DNA of 64,000 bases from IMG/VR virus record IMGVR_UViG_3300008110_000030, positions 34,707-98,706 of that record. One strand, given 5' to 3'. The notes beneath the pieces were generated by a model that worked only from the letters and a program-made list of their open reading frames with translations, was not told the origin of the DNA and did not search any database. Made by a program: the position numbers and the translations under genes. Positions 17,594 through 25,635 of the stretch are shown here, piece after piece (the first letter of the stretch is position 1; each line of letters begins with the position of its first letter). This DNA comes from a virus.

Positions 17594-19635
17594 TGATTAA
17601 GAAAATTTTATTAAGCCCTTGGACTGCTCTATTAACACTGGCGTTAGTAGTGGGCATACGTGCGGCAGACCCCACATTCGTTGAAAGCGTAAGACTACGC
17701 TACTTTGATACCTTAATTACTGCTAAGGAACCAACATTCAACAATATTGTAACAGTAAATATTGATGAAGCTAGCTTGGACAAGTATGGACAATGGCCAT
17801 TGCCAAGGACTGAATATGCCAAAATTATACGAGATCTATATCAGAGGGGAGCAGGACTTGTTGTACTTAATGTGCTCATGCCAGAGTCAGACCGTACAGG
17901 TGGCGACAGTGCGTTGGGTCAAACTCTAAAAGAATTTCCAGTAGTGCTAGGGTCAGTTCCTAGCAACAAAACAAAAAATACTCCACGTGCCCCAGGGTCA
18001 GCAGTATTAGGCCCAGAGCATTTGGATCAAATTATTCGGTATCCAGGTCTAATTGCCAATGTGCCATTGCTAGAAAATTCGGCGGCAGGAGTTGGCATAG
18101 TTTCAACACTACCTGAAGTAGACGGTGTTAATCGTAGATTACCTCTTATCGTCACTGTTGATGGTAAATTATATCCAAGCATAGCTATGGAAACGCTCCG
18201 CATTGCGGCTGGCGATAGCACCTTTCAAGTAAAACTATTTGAGGGCGGTGTTGAAAAAATGCGTATACCTAAATTTGGTCCTGTTACTACAGACAATTTG
18301 GGTCGTATATGGATTGACTGGAGTCAGCAAAATAGAAACTTTAGTTTAACTACATTACCAAAAGATTTAGAAGGTGCAATTGTCATCGTAGGCCCAACAG
18401 CCGCAGGTATTAGTAATCCAGTACCAACAAGTAAAGGGGCAGTATTTCCACACGAAGTACAAGCCGCAGTTATTGGTACAATGGTAAACGGAGTTGTAAT
18501 TGAACGTCCTGATTATGCAGATGGCGCAGAGATTATAGCATTATTAGCATTTGGTTTATTATTAATTTTCTTATCGAGGTGGACTTATGTTGGCATTTGT
18601 GCTACTGTGGTTATTGTTGGTGCCGTCGTTCCTGGTACTATGTACGCTTTCACTAATTGGCTCATCCTATCAGACGCGACTGCAATCACGTTTGGGCTTA
18701 TTATCGTTGCTCTTCATACTTATGGCGTTAAGTTTGTAAGCGAGTTCTTACAGAAGCAGGCAATTAAGAAACAATTTGAGGGATATGCAAGTCCTACAGT
18801 AGTTAAACTACTACAAGAAAATCCAGACATCATCAAGAACGGAACTAAACGTGAAGTATCTATAGTGTTTTCAGACCTACGTGGATTTACTCCATTAGGT
18901 GAAAGTTTTGGTGATGACGTTAAAGGTCTAACTGAAGTTATGAACGGCTACATGGATGCTATTACACAACCTGTACTAGATGCAGATGGTATGATTATCA
19001 AGTACATTGGTGATGCAAGTATGCATATTCATAATGCACCTATTGATGATCCTGACCATGCTAAGACAGCAGTAGCTACTGGACTTAAAATGTTGAAAGC
19101 TGTTAAAAAGTTCAGCATTGAATTAGAGGCTAAAGGACGTCCAGGAGTCAAGATGGGTGCTGGTATCAATACTGGTTTAGGTTATATTGGCGAGATGGGA
19201 TCAACTCGTCGTCATTCATATGATGTACTAGGTGATGCAGTGTCAACAGCCGCACGTATTGAAAGCAAGTGTAAAGAATATGGATGCGTATTATTAGTTG
19301 GCGGTGCAACTGTGGAACAATGTGGTGATGATTTCTTCTTCTTAAAAGTAGATGACCTGGCTGTTAAGGGTAAGAGTGTGGGAGTTGCTATCTATACAGT
19401 ATTAGATGATGTTACTGCTGAGTATCATGTGAGTAAAAAGATACATGATGCTATGCATAATGCATATAGATCACAAAAATTTAACATGGCTATCAGTATG
19501 TGCAAACAACTTAGAGATCAGTTTGACAGTAGATTGACTGGTTACTATGACATGTGGATAGAACGTTGCGAGTTCCAATTAACACAAACATTGCCTGAGG
19601 ATTGGAACGGCGTGTTTATAGCAACTTCTAAATAA
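17593..19635 (+). CDS. CHASE2 sensor domain-containing class III adenylate/guanylate cyclase
   Basis: 680 aa; N-terminal periplasmic domain, TM cluster, C-terminal cyclase homology domain (VSIVFSDLRGFTPLGE, IKYIGDASM, GINTGLGYIGEMGS). Confidence 0.85.
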   Translation: MIKKILLSPWTALLTLALVVGIRAADPTFVESVRLRYFDTLITAKEPTFNNIVTVNIDEASLDKYGQWPLPRTEYAKIIRDLYQRGAGLVVLNVLMPESDRTGGDSALGQTLKEFPVVLGSVPSNKTKNTPRAPGSAVLGPEHLDQIIRYPGLIANVPLLENSAAGVGIVSTLPEVDGVNRRLPLIVTVDGKLYPSIAMETLRIAAGDSTFQVKLFEGGVEKMRIPKFGPVTTDNLGRIWIDWSQQNRNFSLTTLPKDLEGAIVIVGPTAAGISNPVPTSKGAVFPHEVQAAVIGTMVNGVVIERPDYADGAEIIALLAFGLLLIFLSRWTYVGICATVVIVGAVVPGTMYAFTNWLILSDATAITFGLIIVALHTYGVKFVSEFLQKQAIKKQFEGYASPTVVKLLQENPDIIKNGTKREVSIVFSDLRGFTPLGESFGDDVKGLTEVMNGYMDAITQPVLDADGMIIKYIGDASMHIHNAPIDDPDHAKTAVATGLKMLKAVKKFSIELEAKGRPGVKMGAGINTGLGYIGEMGSTRRHSYDVLGDAVSTAARIESKCKEYGCVLLVGGATVEQCGDDFFFLKVDDLAVKGKSVGVAIYTVLDDVTAEYHVSKKIHDAMHNAYRSQKFNMAISMCKQLRDQFDSRLTGYYDMWIERCEFQLTQTLPEDWNGVFIATSK

Positions 19636-20037
19636 TTAACCTTCGCCTGCAGCCGCAGTTTTTACATCATCAGGATCAATGTCATCTCTGCGTTTGATAG
19701 TTTTAGGTTGTTCTTTTTTACCGTCATGTGCAACTGCTTCTTGAAATTTTTCAGAAGCTTCACGCTCAACTTTAACACCTTCCATAACACGATCACTTTC
19801 AATCATCTTACCACGTAGGTGTAACACAGTATTAACTTTTTGGTTTAAACGAATCAAATCGTTGTCCAACATACGGATACGATCTATTAGAGCGATAAGA
19901 ACTGTATTGGCTTCTGAGATGACTGGTTTAACTTCTTTGGTTGACCATTCCCATACATATTTGATAATATAACCCATTCCCACTGCCATGACAATGGGAA
20001 ATCCATATTTGTTTACTAACTCTACTATTTCAGTCAT
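19636..20037 (-). CDS. small single-pass membrane protein (paralog of 20510-20818; BhlA/UviB-like topology)
   Basis: N-terminal TM (GFPIVMAVGMGYII) then coiled-coil-like region; GGAG SD; paralogy with 20510-20818. Confidence 0.5.
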   Translation of the reverse strand: MTEIVELVNKYGFPIVMAVGMGYIIKYVWEWSTKEVKPVISEANTVLIALIDRIRMLDNDLIRLNQKVNTVLHLRGKMIESDRVMEGVKVEREASEKFQEAVAHDGKKEQPKTIKRRDDIDPDDVKTAAAGEG

Positions 20038-20309
20038 TTATTACTCCTTATTCCAAAATCCCCAAGGGTTATATATTTTCTTTACTTGTTTTTTTGGTTC
20101 ATAATGATACCAAAAAGCTACTGCTACTAACATTAGTATCTCTAAAAGATAAAATACTAGAAATGATTCAAAGAGCAAGCCCAATTAATGTTCCTAAAAA
20201 TACACCAAACAATCCCGCTCGCCACATGTCACTATCATACCATATAGCCTGAGGTTGATCCATCCAGTCTTTGATATGTTGCGGTTGTGCATCATACCAC
20301 GCTTCCCAT

Positions 20310-20513
20310 TTATTTTTCTTGAACATTTGGTTTATATCCCCTAACAAAAGCTTCTATTGGTTCTATTTTCTGTAATATTTGTTTACCGTTAACATTGGTA
20401 AACTTAAATAGATCCCCTGCTCGCCAACCCAATTTATCAGAATTAAATTCTTCATCTAATATAATACCGTTAGGTGAACAATCCCAATTATAATCAAAGT
20501 GTAGCATTATCAA
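20310..20513 (-). CDS. hypothetical small protein
   Basis: 67 aa ORF within minus-strand island, 4-nt overlap with upstream gene. Confidence 0.35.
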   Translation of the reverse strand: MIMLHFDYNWDCSPNGIILDEEFNSDKLGWRAGDLFKFTNVNGKQILQKIEPIEAFVRGYKPNVQEK

Positions 20514-20818
20514 TCCCTTCTTGCATCATTCTTTCCGTCTGCTCGAGCAATACGATCAGCATCCGGACGTAGACCTAGCGCATTAGATACGATAGTATCA
20601 ATACGAATAACGTCGTGATTCATTGTTTTAACACGATTATCTAATGCTACGATAATACCTGCCATACCTTTGATACTGCCCAAAACTCCCTGTAACAGAA
20701 GTTTGATAGTCAAATATACAAAGTACCCGCCCGCAAACGCAACAGCTATAGGGAACCCTAAATCACCAATTAATTTAAAAATTTCGTTCATAATCGCTCC
20801 ATTTTTTACTATATCCAT
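20510..20818 (-). CDS. small single-pass membrane protein (paralog of 19636-20037)
   Basis: shares GFPIxVAxxxGY TM segment and ALDNRVKTMNHDVIRI / ALIDRIRMLDNDLIRL segment with the 133-aa gene. Confidence 0.5.
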   Translation of the reverse strand: MDIVKNGAIMNEIFKLIGDLGFPIAVAFAGGYFVYLTIKLLLQGVLGSIKGMAGIIVALDNRVKTMNHDVIRIDTIVSNALGLRPDADRIARADGKNDARRD

Positions 20819-20828
20819 ATTTATGGTG

Positions 20829-20857
20829 TTGACAAATATATCGTTAGAGCATATAAT
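20829..20857 (+). promoter_or_regulatory. sigma70-type promoter TTGACA-N17-TATAAT (ATG of next gene at +7: leaderless)
   Basis: perfect -35 (20829-20834) and -10 (20852-20857) hexamers. Confidence 0.6.
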
Positions 20858-20863
20858 ACATGT

Positions 20864-21103
20864 ATGAACACTATTGATAAAGCACTAATTGAGCTGAAAT
20901 GCCAAATCTTGGACATTTTGTTTGTTAAACGACTTCAAGGAAAAACCGAAATTCCTGTACAAGAACTGCTTGAAGAATTGGGTATGGATGAAGATACCAA
21001 TCTAACAGGGCTTAATCCCAATGACACTATTGAATTGAACAGTAAGACACTTGATGATATAGAGCAGGCGAAACGTCGAATTCGCTCGTCTATGTTTCAT
21101 TAA
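20864..21103 (+). CDS. hypothetical small protein
   Basis: 79 aa ORF starting 7 nt after -10 box. Confidence 0.45.
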   Translation: MNTIDKALIELKCQILDILFVKRLQGKTEIPVQELLEELGMDEDTNLTGLNPNDTIELNSKTLDDIEQAKRRIRSSMFH

Positions 21104-21112
21104 ATATCATAA

Positions 21113-21187
21113 CTGGCGATAGTTCAACGGATAGAACAGTAGCCTTCTAAGCTATTAATCCAGGTTCGATTCCTGGTCGCCGGACCA
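21113..21187 (+). tRNA. tRNA-Arg (anticodon TCT), CCA encoded
   Basis: cloverleaf folded by hand: acceptor CTGGCGA/TCGCCGG (one G-U), D arm GTTC-AACGGATA-GAAC, anticodon arm GTAGC-CTTCTAA-GCTAT, T arm CCAGG-TTCGATT-CCTGG, discriminator A + CCA; 75 nt. Confidence 0.85.
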
Positions 21188-21204
21188 CTTTTAGAAAGTT
21201 TGAA

Positions 21205-22038
21205 ATGAAAATCAATCTAGTCAGCGACATGCACATCAACTTCCAGGACATTAATTTGCCAGGCGGTGATGTACTCATTATGGCTGGGGATATCATGGAA
21301 GCTGGTCACCTACGTTTGGCTGACAATGCTAAACAAAATACATTTATTGCTGATAGATATCGTAGATTCATCAATGAAGAATTGTGCAAGTATCGTCATG
21401 TGATTTATATTGCAGGCAATCATGAGCACTATAGCAACAGCTATGACGACACACATATTCGAATAGGTCGTGAACTGCCAGACAACGTACACTTCTTAGA
21501 AGCAGAATCAATCAAGATTGATGACGTGTGGTTCTTTGGTGGCACATTTTGGACTGATATGAACAAAGGCGATCCTATCACTGCCAGTGTGCTTAAACAA
21601 CGCATGGCTGATTTTAGTGGTTCAATTAAATTTGGTAACAGTATCAAAGTTGATACCGCTTGGGGAGACAGTTATTACACTAGTAAGTTCACTCCTGCTT
21701 ATGCTAAAGGCGTGTTTCACGAAACAATGGAAAAATTAAAAACTTTTTTAGAAGCTCATCCTGATGAAAAAGTTGTTGTAGTAAGTCATCACGCACCAAC
21801 TGAGTTGAGTGTTAATGAATATTACAAAAATGAATTTCATATGAATGGTGGATATCACAGCAGACTAGGTGATTTTATTTTAGACCATCCCAACATTAAG
21901 GTATGGTGTCATGGTCACATGCACGATCCAGTTGACTACACTATTGGAACTACTCGTGTACTGAGTAACCCACGTGGTTACAAAGGATATGAACACCAAG
22001 CTGAAGTGTTTGATCCTAATTTTAGTTTTGACGTATAA
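21205..22038 (+). CDS. calcineurin-like metallophosphoesterase
   Basis: 277 aa; motifs DMH, GDIME, GNHE(H), HGHMH. Confidence 0.75.
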   Translation: MKINLVSDMHINFQDINLPGGDVLIMAGDIMEAGHLRLADNAKQNTFIADRYRRFINEELCKYRHVIYIAGNHEHYSNSYDDTHIRIGRELPDNVHFLEAESIKIDDVWFFGGTFWTDMNKGDPITASVLKQRMADFSGSIKFGNSIKVDTAWGDSYYTSKFTPAYAKGVFHETMEKLKTFLEAHPDEKVVVVSHHAPTELSVNEYYKNEFHMNGGYHSRLGDFILDHPNIKVWCHGHMHDPVDYTIGTTRVLSNPRGYKGYEHQAEVFDPNFSFDV

Positions 22039-22049
22039 AGGCAACAGAC

Positions 22050-22679
22050 ATGGGATTTGTTACTGACGGAGATTTATCTAAAATATTTGGACGTATTGAC
22101 AAAAAACTGTCTGTTGTTCATGACAAGGACAAGTCTTTAGTTGAAATACTTGATCTTGATATCGCTAGCGGGCCTTGGCTTGCTGGCGGTGCTGTACTTA
22201 CTTGGCTTAGTGGTAACCCAGTTGGCGACAGTGACTTTGATATATTTTTCAAAGATTTGCGACAGTTTGATGAAGTGTTTGGCAGACTCATGCGCAACCA
22301 TGCTAGTATCATCTACACCAGTGAAAACGCATTGACCTTGCATCTTGTTATTGATGACGATCTCAAACGAATCCAATTGATTCGAAAAAATTATTTTGAT
22401 TCTGCAAAAGATGTAATTGATCATTTTGACTTTACTATTTGTCAACTGGTAACTGATGGCTACCAAATAGTTGGTGCTGACCACACATTTGAACATATAA
22501 AAGAAAAACGAATTGTATCTGTTGGACCTGCCAAACGATCTATTGTAAAAAGAATTGTCAAATATGTTAGTTATGGATACACTGTTGATTGTGATTTAAT
22601 GCAATCAATTCTCGACAATCCTGAAGAGTATGATTGGTCATTTAATAACATAGATGAAAATTATGAAAACGCATTCTAA
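22050..22679 (+). CDS. putative Pol-beta-superfamily nucleotidyltransferase
   Basis: GGAVLTWLSGNPVGDSDFDIFF fits hG[GS]-x9-13-DhD motif; downstream VIDDD may give third acidic residue. Confidence 0.5.
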   Translation: MGFVTDGDLSKIFGRIDKKLSVVHDKDKSLVEILDLDIASGPWLAGGAVLTWLSGNPVGDSDFDIFFKDLRQFDEVFGRLMRNHASIIYTSENALTLHLVIDDDLKRIQLIRKNYFDSAKDVIDHFDFTICQLVTDGYQIVGADHTFEHIKEKRIVSVGPAKRSIVKRIVKYVSYGYTVDCDLMQSILDNPEEYDWSFNNIDENYENAF

Positions 22680-23046
22680 TTACCACAGTTGGAGTTTGCT
22701 AGATCCACGTCCAGTATTTTATCTAGACGAAAAGACACATACTGAATTGTGCGTATGGAATGGCATTTACATGACCAAAAAACAAGCTCTGCTGATTGCT
22801 TGTGAAAAGTATTTGTCAATTTGGCCCACCCCAACGATGAAAAATCGTAGTTATCAAGAGTTTATTACTGCATATTTTAGTAATGCATTTGGTCACAGAG
22901 AGTGGGACGGCATTATTTCTAAACTAAACAACGGACAAGATCATTACAATCTTTTGGTAAAAATGCTAAAACCTCATACACAAAAGATGGCAACATACTC
23001 TGGTCCAGAGGTTTTATCTTGGTTCAATCTTCATAAACAAAAATAG
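22654..23046 (+). CDS. hypothetical protein
   Basis: 130 aa ORF overlapping previous gene end. Confidence 0.4.
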   Translation: MKIMKTHSNYHSWSLLDPRPVFYLDEKTHTELCVWNGIYMTKKQALLIACEKYLSIWPTPTMKNRSYQEFITAYFSNAFGHREWDGIISKLNNGQDHYNLLVKMLKPHTQKMATYSGPEVLSWFNLHKQK

Positions 23047-23054
23047 ACTATATT

Positions 23055-23273
23055 ATGACTCGTTATACAGCAGAAGTTAAATACGACAAAGAGACAGACG
23101 AACACTACTTGCAATTTGATCCAGAAGTTCTATCTCAAATGGGTTGGGACTTTGGCGATACCATAATTTGGAAGGATAATAATGATGGGTCATTCACGCT
23201 TACGAAAAAAGTGGATAACCACCCCAGTGACCAGACTTCAAATGTTCCAACTGATGGAGCCTCTGAAGAGTAA
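23055..23273 (+). CDS. hypothetical small protein
   Basis: 72 aa ORF. Confidence 0.35.
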   Translation: MTRYTAEVKYDKETDEHYLQFDPEVLSQMGWDFGDTIIWKDNNDGSFTLTKKVDNHPSDQTSNVPTDGASEE

Positions 23274-23868
23274 ACTAATTGGTTTTCCTTTGTATAAAGG
23301 AGAAATTAGTTCTATAATTGGTGAATTGATTAGTAGTAAATTTAGAGCAGATATTATACAAGCTGAAGCAAGTCAAGTAGACATTGGCGATTTAAATGTA
23401 AGTGCTTGTTATGATCCAGAATTGGATAGTATGGATCGTCCTTGTATTGAAATTGTACTAGTTTATAATCCTTACGATAATTTTTTAATTTTTGATCAAG
23501 AATTATTTTCCACAATAACCAAAAGACTTTGTGATGCTCTATCACATGAGCAAATTCATCAACAACAGCACAGAGCAAGATTTTGGGAAGATGTAGACTA
23601 TGATGATCCAGATGATGATGAAGCATATTTGGCTAACAAAGATGAGATTGATGCTTATAGTCACAACATTGCTAACGAACTTTTGGACTTTGCAGACCTA
23701 AATCAGGTATTGACATTAATACAATATCCAAGTAAAATAAAGATTGAACACAGCGTAAACCTTTGGGTTTACATGCAGACATTTAACAACGATACAAATC
23801 ATCCAGTAATCAAAAGATTACTAAAAAAAGTTACAAAAATACTACCTAAGGTAGTTTTACAAAGATAA
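23254..23868 (+). CDS. hypothetical protein with HExxH (HEQIH) putative zinc-metallopeptidase motif
   Basis: ORF-track start 23182 overlaps previous gene by 90 nt; internal ATG 23254 chosen; HEQIHQQQH motif. Confidence 0.4.
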   Translation: MEPLKSKLIGFPLYKGEISSIIGELISSKFRADIIQAEASQVDIGDLNVSACYDPELDSMDRPCIEIVLVYNPYDNFLIFDQELFSTITKRLCDALSHEQIHQQQHRARFWEDVDYDDPDDDEAYLANKDEIDAYSHNIANELLDFADLNQVLTLIQYPSKIKIEHSVNLWVYMQTFNNDTNHPVIKRLLKKVTKILPKVVLQR

Positions 23869-23985
23869 ATAGAGTACTATGAAGACAACAGCATATCAAT
23901 TTGCATCCAGTAAGAAGATTCCTTCTTCAGTTGTCTACTTGTCTTTAATCCCACGAATACGATTACAACACTCTTAAAAAGTTAA

Positions 23986-24086
23986 GGGAGTGTTGCTAAT
24001 ATTGGCCTAAGGGCAGAGCTTATACCTCTGTAAGCACCGTCTAGATAAGGCGGCGAATGTGGGTTCGATTCCCGCCACTCCTACCA
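23986..24086 (+). tRNA. aberrant tRNA-like element (101 nt): canonical T arm and acceptor + ACCA end but over-long interior; possible disrupted or insert-containing tRNA (candidate anticodon loops CTTATAC or TAGATAA)
   Basis: GGGAGTG...GTGGG-TTCGATT-CCCGC-CACTCCT-A-CCA; acceptor pairs (G-U at pair 1) but no standard D arm could be folded. Confidence 0.3.
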
Positions 24087-24092
24087 AAAATT

Positions 24093-24177
24093 GCCTGCAT
24101 GGTGAAATCGGTAAACACAGCAGACTTAAAATCTGCCGGAGAAATCCTTCCCAGTTCGATTCTGGGTGCAGGCACCA
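24093..24177 (+). tRNA. tRNA-Leu (anticodon TAA), type II with long variable arm, CCA encoded
   Basis: acceptor GCCTGCA/TGCAGGC, D GTG-AAATCGGTAAA-CAC, anticodon GCAGA-CTTAAAA-TCTGC, variable CGGAGAAATCCTT, T CCCAG-TTCGATT-CTGGG; 85 nt. Confidence 0.85.
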
Positions 24178-24187
24178 AAATACATAG

Positions 24188-24216
24188 TTGACAAAAATAA
24201 CAAACACATATATAAT
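24188..24216 (+). promoter_or_regulatory. sigma70-type promoter TTGACA-N17-TATAAT driving the downstream tRNA
   Basis: perfect consensus hexamers 24 nt upstream of tRNA 5' end. Confidence 0.65.
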
Positions 24217-24239
24217 ATAGAACACTTTACAAGGACATT

Positions 24240-24324
24240 GCGACTGTGGTGAAATAGGTAGACACAAGAGACTTAAAATCTCTCGCCCACAGGCATCCCG
24301 GTTCGATTCCGGGCAGTCGCACCA
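24240..24324 (+). tRNA. tRNA-Leu (anticodon TAA), second divergent copy, type II, CCA encoded
   Basis: acceptor GCGACTG/CAGTCGC, D GTG-AAATAGGTAGA-CAC, anticodon AGAGA-CTTAAAA-TCTCT, variable CGCCCACAGGCAT, T CCCGG-TTCGATT-CCGGG; 85 nt. Confidence 0.85.
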
Positions 24325-24330
24325 AACATT

Positions 24331-25164
24331 ATGAGAAATCACTATTGGACATGTAGCAAATTTGCAGACTGGGTTCGCGGTACTAAGAAACTAGAAGCCG
24401 GTACAGCCGAACAATGGGATGAATGGACTACCACAGCACAAATGAAACACAATTTTCGTTACTGGTTGGCTGAAGAAGGTCTGGACATTTTGCAACGTAT
24501 TGTCTACTGGCCCACTGATAAACTTTATGAAATCAAATACTACATCAACAATCGGTTTGTCACTCGCACTCACAGTCTTACTGCTCATCCCAGAGACATT
24601 AAGCCTGGTCAGTGGTGCGATGTTGGTAACCGCTTTCTTCCTTGTTTGTTTAATGAGCTTGTGGATTTTGTGGAAGTAGAACTAGCATGGTGGCATATTG
24701 TATGGGACGAAGAAGCACGTAAACAATTTAAGAGTCCATGGTATGCTACAGGATGGTTCCGTTGGCGTACATGGCGTAATGCAGAGTGTGGACTTGCTAA
24801 CTTAGAGTGGCAACGTCAACTTCGTTGGAAAGAAGAAGAAGTTGGTGCAGACTTTAAAGGTCTAGGCGAACTTACTCCGCAAGCCGTTAAGGCACAAGAG
24901 ATTTTGGACTTGTATACTTGGTGGACGCAAACATATCGCAATCGTCCGGACCCTTACGAAGCAAGTGGTTGGACAGCGGCATGTGAAGCACAGCGTATTG
25001 CTAACGGTGGTAAACTAAGTTGGAAAACTCCTAAAGATCCTGTGCTCAAAAAACAAAGTGATAAAGCGCATAAGCTACTTCAAAAGATTGAAGCAGACTA
25101 TGAGAAGGAAGATGAACAAATGATGATTCGTCTCATTAAAGTTAGAGATGGACTTTGGACGTAA
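24331..25164 (+). CDS. hypothetical Trp-rich protein
   Basis: 277 aa ORF starting 7 nt after tRNA. Confidence 0.5.
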   Translation: MRNHYWTCSKFADWVRGTKKLEAGTAEQWDEWTTTAQMKHNFRYWLAEEGLDILQRIVYWPTDKLYEIKYYINNRFVTRTHSLTAHPRDIKPGQWCDVGNRFLPCLFNELVDFVEVELAWWHIVWDEEARKQFKSPWYATGWFRWRTWRNAECGLANLEWQRQLRWKEEEVGADFKGLGELTPQAVKAQEILDLYTWWTQTYRNRPDPYEASGWTAACEAQRIANGGKLSWKTPKDPVLKKQSDKAHKLLQKIEADYEKEDEQMMIRLIKVRDGLWT

Positions 25165-25183
25165 TAAACTAGGAGAACTAAAA

Positions 25184-25363
25184 TGGCAGGTGTAGCGAAA
25201 AGTAATTATCTCACAGTGACAGAAGTAATTGACGGTAAACATGTCACAGTGTTTAACAAAATGTTCTTCAATGCTGGTGATATGAACAAGTACATTAAAG
25301 AAGAAAAGTTTTTAGAAAAATATCCAAAACCTCAATATACCATTTATAAGGAATGTTACTAAT
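25184..25363 (+). CDS. hypothetical small protein (59 aa), not in ORF track
   Basis: GGAGA SD 8 nt upstream of ATG; fills gap between flanking genes; TAATG overlap with next gene. Confidence 0.35.
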
Positions 25364-25565
25364 GAGTGATCCGTTAGACGAAGCAGAAAGATTCACCAAT
25401 TTGTTCTTGCAAGAAGGGCTAGCCAAAAGAGCAGCCGTTCCTGAGAAAACTGGTTTTTGTTTAGTCGCAGATTGTGGTGAACCTACTGAAGGATCTTTTT
25501 GTTCAAAAGAATGTCGTGAAGATTATGAGAAGATTGAGCGGCTTCGTAAAATTCGTGGCTATTAA
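25362..25565 (+). CDS. small zinc-ribbon-like protein (CxxxC...CxxxC)
   Basis: CLVADCGEPTEGSFCSKECRE; start moved to ATG 25362 (ORF-track 25353). Confidence 0.4.
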   Translation: MSDPLDEAERFTNLFLQEGLAKRAAVPEKTGFCLVADCGEPTEGSFCSKECREDYEKIERLRKIRGY

Positions 25566-25569
25566 TCAG

Positions 25570-25598
25570 TTGACACTGCCCAGCGTAGTTGTTACAAT
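25570..25598 (+). promoter_or_regulatory. sigma70-type promoter TTGACA-N17-TACAAT
   Basis: consensus -35, near-consensus -10, 37 nt upstream of ATG 25636. Confidence 0.55.
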
Positions 25599-25635
25599 CA
25601 AGTATAGTTAAACAAAGACACACTAAAGGATTTAC

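Noticed and set aside
20670-20867. 65-aa + strand ORF
   Set aside because: Contains the consensus promoter 20829-20857 and is antisense to a paralog-supported minus-strand gene
24007-24342. 111-aa minus-strand ORF spanning the tRNA cluster
   Set aside because: Covers three structured tRNA/tRNA-like genes and a consensus promoter on the other strand
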